A DNA stretch of 55,136 bases, counting the filler, from Porpidia crustulata (taxonomy: Eukaryota): the NCBI GenBank assembly GCA_964255105.1. It is 2 parts of 2 records of this genome, joined end to end, with 100 filler letters (N's around TTAATTAATTAA, not from the genome) between each part and the next. Parts side by side here need not be neighbours in the genome. Positions count along the whole stretch, not along the records: positions 1 to 27,793 come from CAXUWE010000031.1; 1 more part is not named here. The stretch is one strand, 5' to 3'. Below are positions 1 through 16,200 of this stretch, in pieces. A program made the translations under genes and the position numbers. Positions within the stretch are counted from its first letter, which is position 1. Every line of letters begins with the position of its first letter. The notes beneath the pieces were generated by a model, which was given only the letters and a program-made list of their open reading frames with translations, had not been told where the DNA came from and did no database searches.

Positions 1-235
1 AGCATTTATTTCTTCGTTGATTTACCCCCATAGCTAGGTAGTTAGGAGGCCCCTTACATGTATAATATAAAAATGATAATATTTAAAAGAAAATAGAAAA
101 AATTTTACGACGTAATCATTAATTTCCGAAACGTGAATTATTACTATTTAAATGCTTAACAGATTACGTCTTCTTAGCAGTTTTTGTTCTTCGATATTAA
201 ATAGTCGCGGTAATTCATTATTTCTAATAGTGATG
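1..235. repeat. AT/TpA-rich tract, probably the edge of a RIP-degraded repeat
   Basis: Strongly AT-rich, TpA-rich sequence with no ORF, changing abruptly to normal composition near the VTS1 3' end. Identity as a repeat is inference. Confidence 0.35.
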
Positions 236-347
236 TTCATGGAGTTGGGCGCGTATCACAAAAAGTGCGCTAGTACTCGTAGAGACGATCCCCTTTATCT
301 AATAGACGCACGTTGATGAGCGACAAGCACCGATTGTTAGTTGCCTG

Positions 348-2303
348 TCACAGTTTTCCATCAGCCCTAGCTTCTTTCACCTGCTCAAAGACCTTGCGAA
401 TATATCAGCATAAGTTGATGTAATTTCAGCCGGGACTGCCTACTTTAAGCATTTTCCTTCGCGCTCCGAGCGCATTCACGCCACGGTCCTCCAATCCTTT
501 GTCATCCAATTCGATCAAATTCGTCCATTTATAGTCCTTTAGATTGTCGGTGTACTTATGGAGCCTGAGACTTCGCAACCAGCTCGGAATATCTTGCAAA
601 AGGCTTGGGTCTGTAGGATCCTCTGGTGGCTTTGAGCTACCCCGCCTACCCCTTGGGGATCTACCTCGAGCCATTTCGGAGTGATCTGAAAGATAACCGT
701 CGTGTCCCACATGGCCCATCCCTGGTGAAACGTTGAGTGAACCCAGCCCATTCGCTAGGCCAGATGATCCATCGAAGGCAGCTAGATAGCCGTTGTTCTG
801 CGGAGGCGCAAAGCCGATGTTATTGAAATTGCTGGCTTGCATAGCTAAGCCTGGGGAATTAGGCCGGGATCGTTGCGCGGCGAATGCGACCTGTTGCTGA
901 GCTTGCATGGCAGCTAATTGCTGTGGAGAAAAAGGCTGGCCACTCTCATTGACCACTAAAACGCTAGCGCCTGGAATTCCAGCATTCATAGGTATTTGCA
1001 TTTGAATGCCAGTGCCTTCATCGTTGGATCGTGCACGACGGTACTTTCGAGGATCGTCCAGTGAGATACGGTTATTGACAGTGGAAAGAGCTGCCAATTT
1101 CATAGCTGTTGCATTCGCGACCATGTCTGCTTGGCTTGCCACTTGATGATTATTGAAATTTCCAGTCAGCGGGGTATTTGACATTGACGCCCAATCACCG
1201 CTTTGGTATGGAGACAGCTGACTCGTGTTTTCTGCTGCATTGATACCCTTCATGTTTGTGGTCTGTAAGCTGCTATTGCCAGACAACTGAAGGGGTCGCG
1301 AGGAGCGCAATCCAGCCGAAGAAGGTGGTTGATTGAATTGCCCCATGGACTGCTGACTGGAGGATGACTTCGGCCGAGCTTGAGAACCCCATGGTAGTGG
1401 CGAAGGCTGTCCAACGATGTCCCTGTTAGTATCGGCAGGGGTTGAAATGATCGGTGCGGTTGGCGCAACCAAAGACGATCGATCACCAAAAGCTGCACTA
1501 CTACGATTCGAGGTAGGAGCATTCCCTGTCTGCTGAGTGTATTCGGCCTTTTTCTTTGCTATGGCGGCTGCCGCATCTGGGAACATGGCATTGATTGTTG
1601 AGGGATCCAGTCCCGAGTTGCGTTTATTTCCAGGCGATGGTGGAGGGCGATGTATAGACGTGCGAGACCCTTCGACATTCAATTTACTCATCGCATCGCT
1701 CAAGCGATTTGACATGGCATCTAGAATGCCATCAGCATTCGTCATCTAACCCAAAAGAATGGTAAGGCAATGTGGCAACGAACCTTTCTCCCCAAAATTT
1801 GCAGGCGAAAGGACACCTGACATGGGGTGACTTTTGGCCATTTGTTGAAGAACCTGAATAAAAAAGCGGATTTGGACTTGGGTCGTTTGTTGTAGAAGAG
1901 CGTACAAAGCGGCGGTCCTCTCGGCTTCGCTCAAGACCTTAAACCACTGTTCAATCGCACTAAGCTCGTCCTTGAAATCTTGATCCAACGTAGCTGCTGC
2001 CATCTCTTCGAGAGTTGTTTCATACTGATCTATGTCTGCGATCCACTGCTGGGCCGCCTTATCTAGAACATCTTCACTATTGGGTTGGCTATTAGGTTGC
2101 TGAGACTGGTTGTAGTACACTTCTGAGGAAGGCCTGATATTCTGTCGAGATAATGGCGAAGACGAATACGCTGAAGCTGACATGTCGGCGGAGGCACGCA
2201 GGTGGTGTCCACTGGCCATGTTGCGGGATGAAGGCGGTCGAAGACTCGAATTAGAGGCTTCTGGTGTACTGTTTCGATTGCCAATAACATGATTTCCTGA
2301 CAT
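348..2303 (-). CDS. VTS1: VTS1/Smaug-family SAM-domain RNA-binding protein (~613 aa, 3 exons: 2303-1784, 1720-444, 392-348)
   Basis: N-terminal motif [22 protein letters not shown] and C-terminal SAM domain [14 protein letters not shown]...[19 protein letters not shown]. Introns 1783-1721 (GTTCGT..CTAG) and 443-393 (GTAGGC..AAG) each have a GCTGAT branch site; the frame is continuous. Confidence 0.93.
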
Positions 2304-3218
2304 TGTTGTGGTTTACCTTAGTATCTTGGAGCGGTTGCGTATGGTCTGAAAAGAGTGTAGAGAGTCGAAAAGTGTGTTAAGGACTGTATCGCAACAAACG
2401 AGGAAGCTTCGAAGAGGTGTGTCAAAACAAATTACTCCTGCAGAACCTGCTGGCTTCAAAGGAGATTCGCAGGTGTCAGTCCACTGCGTGAATTAGCAGA
2501 TATTACAAGACTGCGTATTGTGGTGGATCGAAATGAAGGCGCGTTTTGATGATGTTAGAGGTAAATTCATGTAGCAGGCGAATAGAAGGGTTTCCAAGAA
2601 ACTGCCAGACCAGCGGCAGCCTGGAAAATATGAGTGAGGGGTTTGGTGATGGCAAGCGAAAGCCGTTATTGATGGTGGGATCAAGAACCACCAGTTAGCG
2701 GTTATAATAAGTTTCGGGCAAGGGAACCCAGGGCGAGGAGGCGTGGTCCAATTTAGTTAGTGCTTGGTAAAAGGTATTAAAGGGCACAGACGGTATGATG
2801 TAAAGAGAAAGATGCAGCCTTAGTGGGAGATTTGAAAAGGGCGCATAGTGTAGTAATTATCACCTACTGATGATGCGCGGATGGCTGAAGGTGAAAAAGA
2901 GAAGGAAAGTACGGTTTTAAAGCAGACATGAACTGAGAGTGTAAGGACTACCTTGTTCAAATAGTATACCTGTACAATACAAGTATCTACCGTATCCGTT
3001 AATAGCATGTATTTAATGTACCGTAACCAAGCGTTTTCTGTTGTAGAATATAATTTGTTCACCACGTGAAAATTACATCGAGCATGCTACTTTAGTATTT
3101 TCCACTCTGATCCTTTACAATCATAAGTGACACCAATGTTTGTGAGGGCGAAGTGTCTTGATCAATCATTTGCCATCATGTGAAACCAGGCTGATCGTGA
3201 GAATCTGCTTCTCATTTT

Positions 3219-6200
3219 ATGCCGGCCATGGAGTATCCTGACTGGGAAAGGCAAGGCATGTACGCCATAAATGTTCAAGAGATATCGTTAGATCAGGGCA
3301 GAGACTCAAGTGACGAGAAGTCACAATCAGCCAACGAATACCCAGAACTGGATCACGTTCCCACTTATCCATGGCTGGGTGAGACATATTTGCAACGTAA
3401 GGATAATTCGAAGTCGTCTGAGCCTTCGTCAATACGTGAGACCTTAGGTAGAGAATTACAACGCGACTCTTCGGCACAGACGACACCATCTAAGAAATTA
3501 GCGTCGTCGAAGCAGAGCAATCTTAATCCCTTTGCACTGTTTCGCTCTAAGAATTATCCCAATGATGAGTTCATTGGCCCAATTTTCCAGATTTCCGATG
3601 AGAACGCTACGTGAGTATCTGGATAACATGGTATTTTGGTTTTTGTTGATCTGACACCATTTTTCAATAGCGACCAGTCCGTATCTGAAGGAGATAATGA
3701 CTCCCAACCGTTGAAGCCCCCAGGGCCATTGGGGCATATGGGTAATGACTGGCAGCAGGATCGATACCTACCTCGAATCCGTGGTAAGCGTGGCCACGCC
3801 AACAAAGCAACGCGGGGTCGAGGTCGCCATGGCCTTGGTCAGCGTGGAGGAAGGGGAGTTAGACGGGGTCAGCGTCAGCCCATCGAGCCGAGCGTGGACT
3901 ACAAAATGCTGCATTCGCAAGCTACCATAGCCTTTATTGAACACGACTACGAAGAGGCCGAGCAGCTTACATTACGTGCAATTCTGGTCAATCCAGAGAT
4001 GTATACTGCTCGGTTCTTGCTGTCCGAGATTCATATGGCACGTGGAGATAAGGATAAGGCTATCACAGCACTATTTCATGCTGCCCATACTAAACCACGT
4101 GAGATTCAAGATTGGTTGAAATTGGCGCAGCTTCTCTTAGAGCGTGATGGGGAAGATAGATCATCTACTCTTCAAGATGCCATTTATTGCTATGGTAGAA
4201 TCATCGATGTGGAATCGGCGAATATTGAAGCGCGCTATCAGAGAGCTACTCTGAATCGAGAGCTTGGCTATTCTGGAAGGGCTGCTCAAGAGTACGAGCT
4301 TCTTCTGAAGTATGTGCCTCACGACACGGCAATTCTGCGCCACCTTGCAGAGATATACATTGAGCTTAACGACGCTGACAAGGGCGTGGCTCTCTATGAA
4401 GATAGCATTGCATACTATCGTGAAACGGAGCCTTACAATGTTACCGGTTTTACTTGGTCAGACGTAAACATATGCGCTGAGCTATTTGGCTATCAGAAAC
4501 AGTACGAACAAGCTATCATGAGAATCAAGTCCCTCTCACGCTGGCTCCTTGGTAGAGGTGATGAGTCGGTATGGGAGCGATTTGACAAGGACGATAGAGA
4601 ATGGGACTCCGAGGACCGATGGCGGCGTTTGGAGGTCCCTGGCTTCGAGCCTGGAGCCTATCAGCCAGCAGCCTATGGCGACGGGCTACCTCTAGAGCTG
4701 CGCCTTAAGCTCGGGGTCTATCGCCTGAGGGCTGTCAATAGTAATATTGAAGAAGCGATGGTAAGTCTTACCATGTGTAGCCAGATCGTAGAAATTACCT
4801 AATTCGAGGATCAGAGTCATTTTGAGTGGCTTGATCCCGATGATAACCACCCTGGTGCTAAGTTATTTGACTATCCTGATCTTTTCCGTGAAGCTGCAGA
4901 TGCTTTACGTGTGAAAGGTCATTATCATGAGTCTTTGAGCTTCTACGAACCATTGCAGCATGTGGAAGGCTACATGAATGCGTCCTACTTCACCGACATG
5001 GCTGTATCTTACAACGCAATTGGGTTGAAGGTAGAGGCTAAAGACTGCTATCAAGCGGTTGTTGACCACGACCGTGATAACATCGAAGCGAGATTACACC
5101 TTGCACGGCTCTATGAAGAGTTAGGAATGCTAGAACAAGCCGGTACACTTGTTCTGGACATTTTGTCAACGAGTACCCGAGATTCGAAGCGTCCAAGGAC
5201 TGAAAAACCGCCCAAGGAAATAAATGCTACGAGTGCGCCGAGATCTCTTCTTACCACTTCTACTATGCTGATGCCTCGTCCGCCACGCCCTATTACTAGG
5301 CCCCGGGCATCGGAGAAAGAGACACGTGTGCAGGTCCACACCGAAAATGCACTAGGCCTGTACCTCCGCGTACAAGAGTTGGCAGCGGCAGCTCGGAATG
5401 GGAGTGTGGATCTTCAAGTCCAGTGGTCGGCGGCCGTGAGGACCCTAATCCATGTTTTCAAGTCAAACAAGGCTTTTTATCCATACGACAAGCATATGAA
5501 ATTTATCGGATATTCAAAGGACGTCGGTATGGATTTTACCAAATCGAAAGGAGGCAAAATTATGCAGCAGACGCAGTCTTTGGCTGGCAGATTGTGTCTG
5601 CCTCCGGGTATTGCCCTGATAGAAGGATCATAGCCGTCATCGATTTGCTGACTCGCTTGATAGAAGATAAAAGTAACACTAATCTGGTACTTCCAAGTCA
5701 ATACCTTGGGATTCCGTTTCGCGCTTGGTTGGACATCTTCCTAGAGTATGCCTTGATGCTTGCACACAAGAACGATTCTGATTCGGCTTATGAAGTACTG
5801 TCAACCGCACACGATGCCAACATCTTCTTCCACTGTCAAGAATCTATGTTTCTCATCCATGTCTGCTGGTTCAGTAAGTCTTCGCTAGGCCCTATCAGCA
5901 CTAAATCTTACTAACATCCACACAGCGTGTGCAATGATCGCGAACGACAAGGAGAAATTATGTAATGTTGCTCGTTGGTTTATGAAAGAGTATCAATTCG
6001 TGACTGATGGTTATCGCCTATTCTCTGCTCTAAATAGGCTCTGTGAGAGCAATAATTCTTGGTTTAACTGTGGTCCATCCCAGAAATATCTCCTCCGTCA
6101 ATTGAAGGCGTTGGACTTCACTCTGGTTGGCGAAGCGCGCAACAAGAGTCTTTTCCATGAAAGAGCCTCTTATACCACGAAAGACGACCATGGAGATGCC

Positions 6201-6774
6201 ACCTGTGCAGCCGACATGGACGTTGTATTATTGGTGTTATACGGACATATCCTCTACGCTGGGAAAAGCTACTCTTATGCATTAAGTGGGTTCTCGGCGG
6301 ACGAAAGCACTTTGCCGGCCTTATAATCCTTGTGGTTGTATCTAATGGCTCACAGATTATTTCCTCCGTGCTTATGCATTAGACTCGACGAATCCTATAA
6401 TCAACCTTTCGTTGGCTTTAAGTTATCTCCTCTATGCCATCAAGCGTCAGTCTGGCAACCGACATCAACTACTGATGCAAGGATTTGCTTTTCTATTCAC
6501 TTATTACAACATACGGCAAAGTTCCCGTCTAGCTTCTGAAAAACAAGAAGCTGAGTTCAACGTTGCGCGCGCATACCACATGTTGGGTTTGACACATCTC
6601 GCCATTCCTTACTACCAGCAATGTCTGGCTCTGAGCAAGGCTGTCAAGATAGAAAGCCTCGATGTCGCAGAGGACTTCGCAAAAGAGGCAGCCACTAGTC
6701 TGCAGCAACTCTGGGCCGCGAATGGAGACGTAAATCAAGCCTTGGAGGTGACTGAGACATGGCTTGTATTGTAG
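3219..6774 (+). CDS. TFC4: RNA polymerase III transcription factor TFIIIC TPR subunit (Tfc4/Sfc4/GTF3C3), ~1087 aa, 6 exons: 3219-3610, 3671-4760, 4815-5607, 5664-5873, 5926-6285, 6356-6774
   Basis: TPR arrays, GLPLELRLKLGVYRL motif and C-terminal QEAEFNVARAYHMLGLTHLAIPYY...WLVL typical of Tfc4. All introns are GT..AG and keep frame. Start could be 3219 or 3228. Confidence 0.9.
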
Positions 6775-7514
6775 TCGTGATGATTTGACGAAATATTCGA
6801 AACAGATCTACCACTAGTCTAATGTCCTATGGATACTCGAAAGAAATCGAGGTTATGAGGGAGGTCAAATGCATGTGAAGAGCGTAACAGAGCATGTACT
6901 TGTACACTAAAGTGTAGGCATCAAGCAGGTCATCGACGATTGGAGGAAGTGTGCTCCTGCGAAAGCAAGGCATTCGAAATTGGAGAGCCAACCGTGAGCA
7001 TGAGCCGTATATGAGTAATCTATTCATGTAACCTCTGCTGATTCCCTAATTCTCAATGGAGTCGATACGACCCCTCGAAGTCAGGCGCCCAGCCATGGGT
7101 AAGCTGCATCTCCGCTCAGCACAAAGACAACCGAGACACAGAGCTTTAGGATCGTCAATGGTAACTAATGTGTAGTATTTACTGGCGTTGTGTGGTAGAC
7201 AAGTGGAGTGGAGTCATTTTAAGGGTAGATTTCGAGTTCCTTACAAATTAGGCGAGCAGGCGAGTAGGGCCGTCCATACTCTACGGACTGCCGATTAGAT
7301 ACCTCAGAACAGTGGCGCATCACTGCATGGTAAAAGCACCTGCGTTTTCAATGATAACGCGTGAACACATACCGCCCGTCTGCCCACGCCTGCCAACTAC
7401 CTCAATGGTCCTTTGGAAAAACTCGAAGACGCTGTAATACTGCTTGAGCGCACTGAAGCTGCTCATTGCAAAATCATATCTCGTGAGAAAGCCACGTAAT
7501 AGTTAACAATAAGT

Positions 7515-10158
<2,644 letters not shown>

Positions 10159-10524
10159 CATTTTGCGTACACGCCTTGCTAAATTCTGATCTCGCGGCTA
10201 AAGCAGCTGAAGAGAGAGCCACGCATCAGCTTCTCCAACAGAAACGTGCTGACCAAGTGGGGGCATGAACCACAGCTTGTATCAATAAAAGCATTGAAAT
10301 ACCTCATCAATATCATTTTGCGACAGACAGTATGGTAGGTAGTTCTCCATAAAAGTATCTAGACAGCCCTACGAGTACAGGGGCTTCCAAGGCAAATTAG
10401 TAAACTGTTACCCACGAAACATACCGCTTGTAACATTGTAACACCTACTTAGTGCGCACACAGGAAGATACGATTTCATTACTCCCAATATCGCTGAAAT
10501 TTCAATTCTCCCGACTGCATCAGC

Positions 10525-11284
<760 letters not shown>

Positions 11285-13229
11285 GTCTATTCACGACGGA
11301 CTCCTGTGTTTGACTTCCTGCCGCCTGTTTGACTGCAAAATCATAAATTGTTGAAATAATAGCCGAGTACAATCGCACAACCTTCACAAGGCTAGAACCT
11401 TACGAGTTGATACGTGAAGACTTTGCCAACACTCTGGCCCTTACCTCCTTTCCTCCGAGGATTGGTTCAATCTCTGGTTTGGGCCTATTTTGGTGCAAAG
11501 AAGATGATACTCTTCACAGGGACCCATTACTCACCGCGATATCCTTTTCCGATAGGAGTGGATGTAGCGGTCCAATATCGTGGTCTACATATACTGCCAA
11601 AAATCGTTTTTCGGTTTAAATGAATCTGTCTTTGATTATGCCACGGAGTTTTGACCTGGTATTGTCATGGTCTTGAATATTAGTATTGGGGATTAGCTTG
11701 TACGAATTGTCGGACATTCCTGTGCTCATCAATTGCTACATGTTCTTGGACGTAAACCACATGCGGCCCAATCCTCATGGCACAGTAGAATTTATAGATG
11801 TGAGTTCATTCCGAGTAGATGGCTCATTTTCGGTCTCCGTAGCCTGGTCTTCAACAGAAATCTGGAAAAGTCAAGATCAGGTATAATGTGGCGCATGCAC
11901 TGCGATACGGTGGTAAAACCAAATGTACGGATGAGGCGGGCTGGCAACGGCGATCCAAATGAGTGCCACCAATAAAAGATACCCAATGCCGTCCAAACCA
12001 ATGAAAGGTTACTGGGCATGATATACGGAGTACGCAAGATGCCAAGGTAGCCCTTCCCGCCCCGGTACAGCGAACGCCGCGTGTTTGACATAACATCTTG
12101 GACGGTACTATTATGTATGTTTTCTAAGAGTATAGAAGACCGTATGGAGCAGGAGCAGAAGGATTACAATGGCCTCACTTTCCAGTTGTGATGTGATGCG
12201 ATGGAAACCAAACCACTGACCAGTGCATTGGCTCAGGAAGTACCTTATTGGCTGCATCATGTACATTGGACCACCCGATTACTATCAATGCATACCATGC
12301 ATCTGACAGCAACAGCACTTGAAGCGTTGTCGCGGATATATTCCGTATGGTTTGCCTGTCATCTGTACTCTCCCACTATCACTACTACTACTATTATCAA
12401 TATTTCATCTAGGCATTTCATTTACTTAGCTCTGTCCTTTGTAAACTTGAGGAGCTTTGCTTTTTAACAAAATCGACGCTGACGCTCGACCATTCTACTT
12501 CCACTAGACTTTTCATCGGGTTTGAACGGGCTAGGCCTTCCGGATCGTTGAAACCGGGCTCTGCTGGATCGTGTGCGAGGCCTGCGAGGCTTGCGAGGCT
12601 TCCTACAGCACTCCGGTTTTGCTCTTGGCTCGGCTACTTATCTGCTGCAACTAAAGTGTACTCTCGGTGTCTAGTAAAGTACTACTGCCTGTCTCTAGCC
12701 GGTAGACTACACGACAGTACGACGGATATCCTTGTTTAGCTCTATTGCAAGCCTCAGCCATCAGCCCCACTACTGCGCTATTAGAATGCCGAATTGCTGA
12801 CTACCTCCAACACACGTTTTCTGGACGAGAAAGATCACAACTCCTTGCTTCGTCGTCATTCACTATCAACGAACCAGTCTCTCTCTTGCCGTGAACCTCC
12901 TACAGCTCTCGATTGTGTGGCCTATAGGAGCGTCTATCTACCCCAGTCTGCGGTACAGTACATCAAGGCACGTCCTTACTGTGGCTCAACCAGTCTTCAA
13001 CGGTCGGAAGAATGACATGCGCGAAGAACCGTATAAGAAGTCGCAAAGGCATTGGGACAGCTCGCCTCCAATGACATCTCAGCGTTGTGTTCTTTATATA
13101 ATTTCTCCGGTTTCTATCGTCATTTCTTTGGCCGCTGTCAAACCGTTACTTCGGCCTGATTTACCGCTGTCAAATCCGGGCTAGGGCTAGGCTTGATATC
13201 GATTCGACACTATATCCTTGTGCCTCACA

Positions 13230-16200
13230 ATGTTCACAGATGTCGTTCACTATCCACCTCCATACCACTTCTCCTCAGCTCAGCATTCCTTCCAGCAGGC
13301 CAACTCAATAGACCATCCTTATAGTCATGTCCCAATCAACATCGGGCAGTTCGGGCTTCACGATTCTTTTAGGCACGGGGGTATCCAACAGAGGCTGCGG
13401 GAACCTAGACAATATACTCATCCAGTGCACTTACCATCGTCTTCTCCGATAGAGGTACCGAGCCGTAAGTCCAGCATAGCAAACCCAAATGCTTCCGAGC
13501 ATATGCTTCGCCGGAAAACGCCGGCTGGAACCCTCGCTGCAGGATATGATGGAAGGCCAGTGGAGTGGACATCGAGACCCCACGCCATGAAACATTACTT
13601 GATGCCTGCGGCAAACACCTCGGAGGAAAATTTGTACCAACCTATCCCTGCCGGAATACTTGAGGAATACTCACTAGCGCGCAATGACCAATCGTTCTCT
13701 GCGAGGGTCGAAGAGGAAAGGCACTACGACAAATGTGACAGCGCTGCACGATCATCGTTACCATACGTGAATACTGACGACGTTGGAGATATCGCAACCA
13801 AGTCACACGCGAGAAGGCCTGGCACTCTTCCAGCTACCGGCCTGGACTCAGTATTGAATCAAGGCTCCACGTCGAACAACCACCATTATTACGCAGGTAG
13901 CCCGCAAGTTCCGACCGTACTGCAACCAATGTGGCCACCATGCTTGGGTCTTACGTCGCTCAATGATTCGGGGCCATACGGACCATATTGGCCCGATGGG
14001 GCCTTTGTACCATATCGCCCTGCTCCGCTTCGAGATCCACGGTACCAGTCTCAGACCCAGGAGGAGCAGTTAGACGGTGCTGTACAGCTACAACTTGCTC
14101 ACAATGACAGGGGAAATTGGTCTCAAGGCGGGTCTGATATTGATCGCATGAACTCCGCCGAATACCTGTCAGACTATGAACGTCATTCTCAGTCGTGTGT
14201 CAAGGATTTGATGCCCGAGCCTTTTCCTTCGAGGAGAAGAGAGAGCTTTCTACCCAGCCGTGACGCTTGTCCGTCATATCAGAACGAAATCAATCGATTG
14301 GCGTACCTCGGAAAGCCGTTGCCGCCAATACCACGAAGCCTGCAGAGTGGTAATGGCTGGAAGTCTGTCCAACAATATTCAAACATCAGGCCGTTCACTA
14401 TTCAACAAGAAAATCCTGAAGAACCAAGTATTCCAGCGACCAATTCTCTGTTTAAGGAGAAAGTTCACGTCTGGGCCCATCGAATTTATTTAAGCTTGTT
14501 GACTTCTGTACATCAATCCCGAAGGGCAGCATTACAGACACAGCGAGACGGTGACAGAAATACACAGCCAAACATCTATCCGAAAGCACCAAGACAGCCA
14601 TCTTTCCACTCGTCAGTGTTGCCAGGGCGTGCGTTTTCGAGTCAAGTTAATGCACCACATTCGTTTGGGCCTTCGAATCATAGCAACAACCTATCCTCTC
14701 GCTTCTTCAAATCCCAAGCGCACACTCTGGACACATTCGCGTTGGAGGGCTTCAAACGTAAATCGCAGCATTCATCTATTCAGGATGAGCAGTTTCTGCA
14801 GTCTCGGCAGCACAATGGATACTATACTGCGTCTCCAAATCCTAGACTGACCCGCGATCATCGCGATCACCAGAATTTGACGCTACCCGCTGTCGCTCCG
14901 GAACAAGAGTCCTCCGCTGCCAACGCTGCAATAGCCGCTATCGAGCTCCTTGAAAGATTCTGCCAAGAGAGTGACTGGCAATGGACGGATGGAATACTCC
15001 TTGGAGGATGCTTGGCATATGGATTGGGTGACTATCACAGAGCCCTGAAATGGTATTCTAAAATTTTGCATTGTGATCCAAAGTAAGTCTTCTGACTCAG
15101 CGAGCAAGTCGCTTCTAAGTAGTTCCAGCAATGTGGAGGCCATATCTAATCTGGCGGCTACCTTACTGTCATTGAATCGAAAGTCGGAAGCTGAACGTTA
15201 TTGGGTACGCTCCGTGAAGCTCCGACCCAGCTATTTCGAGGCCGTCGAGCATCTGGTTGGTCTCTTATGCGAAGATCACCGTCCAAGGGAGGCTGTTAAA
15301 GTCATTGAATATGTAGAGCAAGCGCTTCGGTCTAATCCAATCTCTCGTCCTTTCAGACGCTCCGAGCATTGCAACGAATTTGCTACTGAAGAAAGCCTCT
15401 CACCAGATCATACGCCGTTGGAAACATCGGCCTGTGCGACCTATGACCTAGAGGCTGGCGAACGCCGAACGCCGACTGGCAAGCCCCAGAGGTCTTCAGG
15501 CTTCCATTTCAGCGGTTATTCGATTCCTCCATCAGAAAATGGTAGGGTGATTGCCCTTATCCACGGGAAAGGGAATATGCTCTACGCTCTTGGAGACAAT
15601 CTTGGGGCAGCCAAAGCCTTTGAGGATGCGATACTGATTGGTGCAGGTCAGCGCCACCTCGGAGTTCATGGTCTAATTCAGCGCATTTTGAACGTCTGCT
15701 CAGACGCAACGGTAGTGAACGAGCGAAAGGCCAAGGCGGCAGACGAGCCCATTTTGCTGGTGCCCGAGATCGCACTAGAGACGTGCAAACTGGTATTCCC
15801 ATCGCAAGGCCAACTGCCTGGTCTCCTGGAGGTTGCTGCTGGCCAAGCTAAAAAAGCCGCAACCCTGGTCATAAGTAATTCCCTATTATCTCTCGCCAAG
15901 ATCTACCAGGATGGAATGTCTTGTAGTGGAGCCACGGCCACCGGGCCGAGGACGACTACTGGAGTGCAAGATGTACTTGCGCTTTATTACCTCTCGTTAT
16001 CTCTGCAACCAAGTGCATCAACCGCCAATAATGTTGGTATTCTGCTCTCCAGTGTTCAGCAATCTTCCCCGTCAAAGCTGAGCATGGGACCAAGCAAAAG
16101 CTTTGCACCCGTGGTTCCTGGGGTTGTGCCTGGCAGTGGGGTTGCGCTTGCACTTGCGTACTACAATTACGGCTTGAATCTCGATAATCGTCACGCTCAT

